A stretch of 64,000 nucleotides of DNA. Origin: the human T2T-CHM13v2.0 reference genome, Homo sapiens. Below are positions 56,956 through 64,000 of the stretch, one piece after another. The notes under the pieces are model-generated. The model saw only the letters and a program-made list of their open reading frames with translations. It made no database searches and had not been told where the DNA came from. The translations under genes were made by a program, and so were the position numbers. The stretch lies in assembly GCF_009914755.1 (NCBI RefSeq), contig NC_060928.1; one strand, 5' to 3'. Numbering within the stretch: position 1 is the first letter of the stretch; the number at the start of each line of letters is the position of its first letter.

Positions 56956-58799
56956 TATAGAACTATGCATCATTACACATGGCATGCCACCTGTTTAACC
57001 TTTTTCTTTGCTTTTTTATAGGCTTTTCAATCCAAAACAGAATTTAAATGTTGTTAAACTGTCAGAATATTCACACTTCCACCCATTGGCTATCACCCTT
57101 CTAACTTCTCATAAAATTGTAGACTCCTTTGATGCTTTTGTCATCTAATTGCAAAGGTGACTTTAGTATTGTCACCTATTAGACTCTTGTATAATCTGAC
57201 TTATTTTTATTTTAACACATGGCTTGCAGTCTACTTCTTCATCCAGATTCTTGCAATTAGCCCAGGTATACTCATGTCCATCCACATGGACAGAATATAC
57301 ACAAACTCTTGCTTTTGCTCTTCTTTTTGCCCAGCTTGGACTCCGTTGTCCAGCATCATCTTTACTGGGGTAAATTTTTTAAAACCATTACTATTTTTTC
57401 TATTTGCTAAATCTCAATATTAAATAAAGCTTTTTTTACATTAAACTAGCTTAATGCTACTGAGGAATATTATATAATCCAGAATTTTTTACATACTGTT
57501 ATTAATAATAGCTATACTTAATGCATGCCAGGGCAGTAAATCTTTATAATATCTCTAAAGGTATCTTTTTCACTACATTCAATAAAGTTTTCAATTTTAC
57601 TTGTCCATGTTTCTACATTTCTCTTATTAAACTTATTTATTCACAATCTGATATGATTTTTGTATACTACTTCTCTCATGGATCTCCTGAATCTTATCTC
57701 TTTTGCATTACTCTCAGTGTGTGACCTTGCCTCATCTTTCACTTACCAAATTGAAGTCATTCGCTGAAACTTCCTGGCCTTCCTGACTCCACCTCACTCC
57801 AGCCTCTCTTTTTCTCTCTGTTGAAGTGGTAGAATAACCTGTACCATAATCAGGGAAAAAAATTGCCCCACATGTGTCCTGGAATCTATCTATTAATATT
57901 CATAAAACTTGCCTCCTACAGAATTATATTCAATTTGTTATTCTTTTTTCTTTGACATAATTAAGTTTTTATTTCCTAGAGGTTCTTTGAATCATTCCTC
58001 AGTGTTCACACATCACATACAGGGCATGCTGATGTAATAGCAGCGCCGACTGCTATTATCTTTAAAAAATAATAGAAAAGAAGATTCATAATACACTATG
58101 TCCTCTTACCACCTACTCCTTTTCTTTAGCAGTAAATCTTCAAAGCGGAATTGACTAGACCCATCGTTTCTATTCCTTCGTCTTCCATTTCACAGCCTCA
58201 ACCCTATTATGTCATATTTCCCCCAAAGCCTTCACTTTTCACTTTATATTTCTTATCTAGATTATTTAATTTCCTTACAAGTTGTTAAAAATTGTCAGTG
58301 CTGTTATATTGACTCTAAGCTGCAAATTTTCTTCACATATTAACATTAAAAAAGTGATTCATCTGTAAATTAATTGCATGTCATATTTCTCTTGACAATG
58401 TTTATTTTTCTGTTTTCTCAGTATATAAGCAATACTAGTGCATATTACAATTTATAACATCTTCTATGTGAAGTATGCTAGCATTGGCATATGCCGCATA
58501 TGCTGATTCTTCTCTCAAATTCAAACCTATATTTGTGTAAAATAGGTTACATCCAACTTCTCAGCCTTTTTACTTAGATTTGTCTCAAACATCATGAGTT
58601 TGTTATACACAAAAAGAAAGAAATACTTAGGATACGTTATCCATATCTACTTTAATTCAAATCTTTACCATTAAAACAAAACAAAACAAAAATACCTTAA
58701 ATTTCAGAAACTTGGAGTCATTATCAACGTTTGCCTTAATCTATATTTATTCATTTAGTATGTTCTAGCTCCAAAATAATTATTAGTATAGTTAGCATT

Positions 58800-59000
58800 T
58801 GTTAAGAGATTCATATTATTTTAAGTTTTTTTATGCACTACTATAGTTTTATTAGAAATAACAACAAAACTATGAAGTGGGTCCCACTATTATCCTCAAC
58901 TTATTCAAGTGAGAACTCAGATAGAATTTTCCAAGAGGACATAGCTAGTTAAGTGAGAACCCAAAATTTGAATTAAGTATTTTGAACTATGGTTCATGCT
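58800..59000 (-). mobile_element. MIR relic
   Basis: acaacaaaactatgaagtggg..actattatcctca..ccaagaggacatagctagttaagt..ccaaaatttgaa. Confidence 0.65.
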
Positions 59001-59082
59001 TTGTTAATTTTCTCATACCTTCGTCCAATTTACCAGAAAATCCACTCTTCACCCTCTCTATTAATTTTCTACACTGTATGCA

Positions 59083-59332
59083 ATTGATCTTTGAAAAAGA
59101 AAATTTAATTTTTCTGTGGATTAAATGATTTAATTGTTCCCATTTGATATACAATCTAAAAATTATTATCATGATATACAGTTTTTCCTTTTAGAGTCTT
59201 TCTCCATTTTAAGTTATTATATAGAGAAATGATATGGTAGACAAAACAATAATATCCTCACCCCAATGATCTCTATGTCTTAATACCCAGAACTTGTGAA
59301 TGTGTTAGCATATATGGCACAGAATGAAATCA
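59083..59332 (+). repeat. Source copy of a 250-bp inverted duplication
   Basis: Reverse complement of 61105-61354; 6 substitutions and no indels by manual alignment. Confidence 0.97.
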
Positions 59333-59424
59333 ACGTTGCAGATGAAATTAAGGTTCCTATTCAATTGACCTTAAGAGATAATTCTGGATTATCCCAGGAG
59401 ACCTAGTGTGATTACAAGCGTCCT

Positions 59425-61923
59425 TAATATGGTTTAGCTCTGTGTCCCCACCAAAATCTCATCTTGAATTGTAATCCCCACATGTTGAGGAAGATGCATG
59501 GTGGGAGATGATTGGACCATGAGGGTGGTTACCTCGATGCTGTTCTCAAGATAGTGGGTGCATTCTCACAAGAACTAATGATTTAAAATTATGTAGCAGT
59601 TCCCCACTCTTCTCTCTCTCTGTCACCATGTAAGATGTGTCTTACTTCCCCTTTGCCTTCTGCCATGGTTGTTTCATGAGGCCTCCCCAGCCATGCAGAA
59701 CAATGAATCAATTAAACCTCTTTTCTTCATAAATTACCAAGTCTCAGGTAGTTCTTTATAGCAGTGTGGAAACAAACTAATACAGAAAATTGGTACAGAG
59801 AGGAATGAGGAAATGCTATAAAGATATCTGAAAATATGAAAGAAATTTTGGAACTGAGTAACAGGCAGAGGGTGGAACAGTTTGGAGGGCTCAGAGGAAG
59901 ACAGGAAGATGTGGGAAAGTTTGGAACTTCCAAGACACTTGTTGAATGGTTTTGACCAAAATGCTGATAGTGATATGGACAATGAAGTCCAGGCTGAGGT
60001 GGTCTCAGATAGAGATGAGGACCTTACTGAGAACTGGAGCAAAGGTCACTCTTCCTATGCTTTAGCAAAGAGACTGGTGGCATTTTGCTCCTGCCCTAGA
60101 GATCTGTGGAACTTTGAACCTGAGAGAGATAATGTAGTGTGTCTGATGGAAGAAATTTCTAAGCAGCAAAGCATTCAAGAACTGACCTGGATTTTTCCGA
60201 AAGCATACAGCCGTATGCATTTACAAAGAGATGATCTGAAATTGTAACTTATGTTTAAAAGGGAAGCAGGGCATAAAAGTTTGGAAAATTTGCAGCCTAA
60301 CCATGCAGAAAAAAAAATCTGGGAGAAATTCAGAAATGTGCATAAGTAAAAAGGATCCCAATGTTAGAGATCTTCTCAAGGCAGCCCCTCACATCACAGG
60401 CCCAGAGCCCTAGGAGAAAAAAAAAAATGGTTTCATGGGCTGGGCCCAGGACCCCGCTGCTCTGTGCAGTCTCAGGACATATGCCCTGCATCTAAGCCAC
60501 TCTAGTTCCAGCTGTGGCTAAAAGGGGCTTAGGTACAGCTCTGGCCATTGCTTCAGAGAATGTGAGTGCCAAGCCTTGGCAGCTTCCATGTGGTGTTGGA
60601 CCTGAAGATATGCAGAAGCCTAGGGTTTGGGTGCCTCTGCCTAGATTTCAGAGGATGTATGGAAACACTTGGATGTCCAGGCAGAAGTCTGCTGCAGGGG
60701 TATAGCCCTCATGGAGAACCTCTACTCTAGCAGTTCAGAAAGGAAATTAGTTGGAGTCCCCAGAATACCCTCTGGGTTATTGCCTAGTGGAGCTGTGAGA
60801 AGAGGGCCACCAACCTCCAGTCCCCAGAATGGTAGGTCAAACTTACAGTTTGCACCATGTGCCTGAAAAAGCTGCAGGCACTCAACACCAGCCCATGAAA
60901 GCAGCCATGGGGGCTGTACACTGTACAGCCATAGGATTCAAGCTACCCAAGGCCTTGGGACCCCACATTTTACATCAGCATGCCCTGTATATGAGACATA
61001 GAGTAAAAGGAGATTATTTTGGAGCTTTAAGATTTAATAGCTGCCTAGCTGGGTTTTAGACTTTCATTTGGAATAGAAGAATCTACTTAATGCTTCTTGG
61101 AATATGATTTCCTTCTGTGCCATATATGCTAACACATTCACAAGTTCTGGGTATTAAGACATAGAGATCATTGGGGTGAGGATATTATTATTTTGTCTAC
61201 CATATCATTTCTCTATATAATAACTTAAAAGGGAGAAAGATTCTAGAAGGAAAAACTGTATATCATGATAATAATTTTTAGATTGTATATCAAATGGGAA
61301 AAATTAAATCATTTAATCCACAGAAAAATTAAATTTTCTTTTTCAAAGATCAATGCATCTTGGAAGTAACTTTCTGTTGAGTTTAGACTCATAACTGAAA
61401 GGAACTTGCCTTGTCTCAGATGAGACCTTAGATTTCTACTTTTGAGTTACTGCTGAAATGAGTTAAGACTTTGGGGTACTGTTGGCAAGGCATGATTGGT
61501 TTTTAAATGTGAAAAGGAAATTAGATTTGGGAGGAGCCAGGGTGGAATGATATGGTTTGGCTCTGTGTTCCCAACCAAATCTCATCTTGAGTTGTAATAT
61601 ACACATGTCAAGGGAGGGACCTGGTGAGAGGTGACTAAATCATGGGGCAGTTTCCCCCATTCTGTTCTCATTATAATGATTGACTTCTCACAATATCTGA
61701 TGTTTAAAACTATGTAGCAGTTTCCCCCTCCCACCTTCTCTCTCCTGCCACCATGTAAGACGTGTCTTGCTTCCCCTTCACCTTCCACCATGGTTGTAGG
61801 TTTTCTGAGTCCTCCTCAGCCAGGCCTCCTCCTTATTGACTGTGATCCAATTAAACCTCCTTTCTTTAAAAATTACCCAGTCACAGATTGTTCTTTATAG
61901 TAGTGTGGAAACGGACTAATACA
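59425..61923 (+). mobile_element. Complete THE1D/MSTA-like MaLR element
   Basis: 5' LTR 59425-59784, internal 59785-61547 (gaaaattggtac start), 3' LTR 61548-61923; perfect TSD gtcct at 59420-59424 and 61924-61928. Confidence 0.95.
61105..61354 (-). repeat. Inverted copy of 59083-59332 inserted in the THE1D internal region
   Basis: 244/250 identity to the reverse complement of the upstream flank; interrupts MaLR internal sequence. Confidence 0.97.
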
Positions 61924-64000
61924 GTCCTTAAAATTAGAAAATAGAAACAGAAAAAAAGAATCAGAAAAATGGCATTGTGACGAAAATTAAAGTATAGGGC
62001 CATGGACCAAGGAATACAGGCAGCCTCTTGATGCTTTAAGACACTAAGTCATAAATTCTCCCATACAGCCTCTAGAAGGAATTCAGATGTGCCAACACCT
62101 TGATTTAGGCCATTGTGATCCATCTCAGACTTCTGACTTTGATGAAAGTAGATGATAAATTAGTGTTTTTAAAGGACTCATTTTTTGGAAATTTGTTACA
62201 GCCACAATAAAAATGAATACATATGGTGATAATTCTTTCAAGCATTCATTCATTCATTAAACACCTGTACTTTGTGTAGTTTCTATTACTTATTCAAAAA
62301 TGTATATTCAGTAATTTAAACAGGTACTCTTATTTTCTGTGATGTACATATTTTCATGAAAACATGTAGAATGTATTTAAGATAGATCTATGATATAAAA
62401 TATGTCAGCACGGTTATTACAGTAATGATTCTGGTACTTGGGTCAACACAGAACTTATGAATTGTTATAACTATCCATACCCTCTTGCCTCAATGAAAAA
62501 TTTGCTCTTGTGCTGAAGAGCCCTAACAGAAAGAATGAGAAAGAGTAGCATCTTTGTTCTTTGGAAATATAGAAAAAAAATGAAGAAATGCTGAAAATAT
62601 TGAAGTGCATTGAATCAATGGGGAATACAAAACTGAATGTGTCCACATGTTTAAAAGAAGTAGCAAGATATAACAATGGGTAATATTTTGAGTCCTTTAA
62701 TTTAGAACAATATCTAATCTATATTTATAAAGCAACTGGTAATGAACACATATAAGACTATCTGTATTTTCTTGCATTTTAATAAACCATTTTTATAATA
62801 ATCAATTGTAATCTTGAGATGAAACCTTGTTTCATTAATATAAAAACTTGCATGGATTCATTTACCTTGATAATTGAATTTAGCAATTGAAATGATGGGA
62901 GAAATAATAACAAAACTACATTCTTGCATTCCCCCATCTTTTCTATTTTCTTTTTAGAATATAATCAGTAGCTAGCAAGAAAAATAATTTAACTAAATTA
63001 TTTCTTATTAAAAGAGAGCAACACGAGTATTGTGAGATGTGGAAAAATAAAGACATCACCTCTAATTTTGCTTTAGACTATAAATTGCAATATGTAAAAC
63101 AATTCCATTGCTGCAAGAGATAAAATTGAATAAAAATATCATTAAAAATGAACTAAATAAAACTGAGTAATACAACAAAATTAGACAATGCTTTTATAAT
63201 ATCTCCAAGTAGGAATCTAGTCTATTATTTCCAAATTTACAATAAAATATTAAATTAATGACAGATTTATTTTTCTATGCCAAAATTAAAGAAATAAATC
63301 ATACAATTTTTAAATTGTTAGCAAAGAACATTCCTTGTTAAATGCTAACAATTTTTGGCTTCTACAATGAATCAGCCACAATGATAATCAGTATAAATCT
63401 TGACAATTTGAATTAACTCAATGGCATCATATATTTATTAATAAGTTAAAATGATGAAATCTATACTGTACAGTGCATTGGAAACCAAATAAATTTATTA
63501 TTATTAAATGTAACATTTTCTGATTTGAAAAATTGTTCTTTATTCTCTATTATTGTCATTTCATTTATACATTTGTTATTCTACAACTTACTGGTCACCT
63601 TTATGATTTGTTCAAAAATGAGATTATACTTTAATTTATGTAAGTTTAACACTTCAGTTGCTAGCATATAGTAGGAGCTCAGTAAATTGTAGTCGTAGTA
63701 GTAAGTGTTTTTAATAGAAGTACTTTGGGAACTTGTGTTACTTTTATGCTCTGCTTTATGCTGACCAGTGAGGTTACACACTGCTAGCGTATATTATAAT
63801 GCTTACTATTATTCTTTCCAAATTGTTAAAGTTGTGACAAAATAATCACATGATTTAAGGAAAAGATTAAGACAAAATTTCTTAAAGTTGCAGTTTATAA
63901 AAATTAGAATTCAAATGCTACATGATAGTTTTACTTCATGTATATTTATTTTTCTAAATGCTAATTTAGCATTTTTTCAATTTCAAGCAGATTATTTGAT

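Larger units (their letters stand above)
59233..62221 (+). mobile_element. MLT1D LTR (59233-59424 and 61924-62221) split by a THE1D element
   Basis: gttgcagatgaaattaaggtt..ctggattatcc on the left; ccaaggaatacaggcagcctct..ttctccc..cagcctctagaagga..atttgttacagc on the right. Confidence 0.88.

Overview
AT-rich primate (catarrhine-type) genomic DNA with no recognisable protein-coding exon, RNA gene or CpG island. It is intergenic or deep intronic and made largely of interspersed repeats: about 15 Alu copies or fragments, several 5'-truncated L1s (one 2.7-kb L1PA with decayed ORF2), a decayed Tigger1, L2/MIR relics, ERV1/ERVL solo LTRs and many MaLRs. Two MaLRs are complete LTR-internal-LTR THE1 elements. 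Most of the longer ORFs in the track are repeat-derived or chance. I see no novel multi-gene system. The most unusual structure is a young 250-bp inverted copy (244/250 identical) of flanking DNA (59083-59332) pasted inside the THE1D internal region (61105-61354), with a 13/14-bp direct repeat at the junctions. Also notable are an 89-nt near-perfect hairpin (33857-33945) and several mechanistic scars in retroelements. Subfamily names come from recalled consensus motifs, not from a database search.
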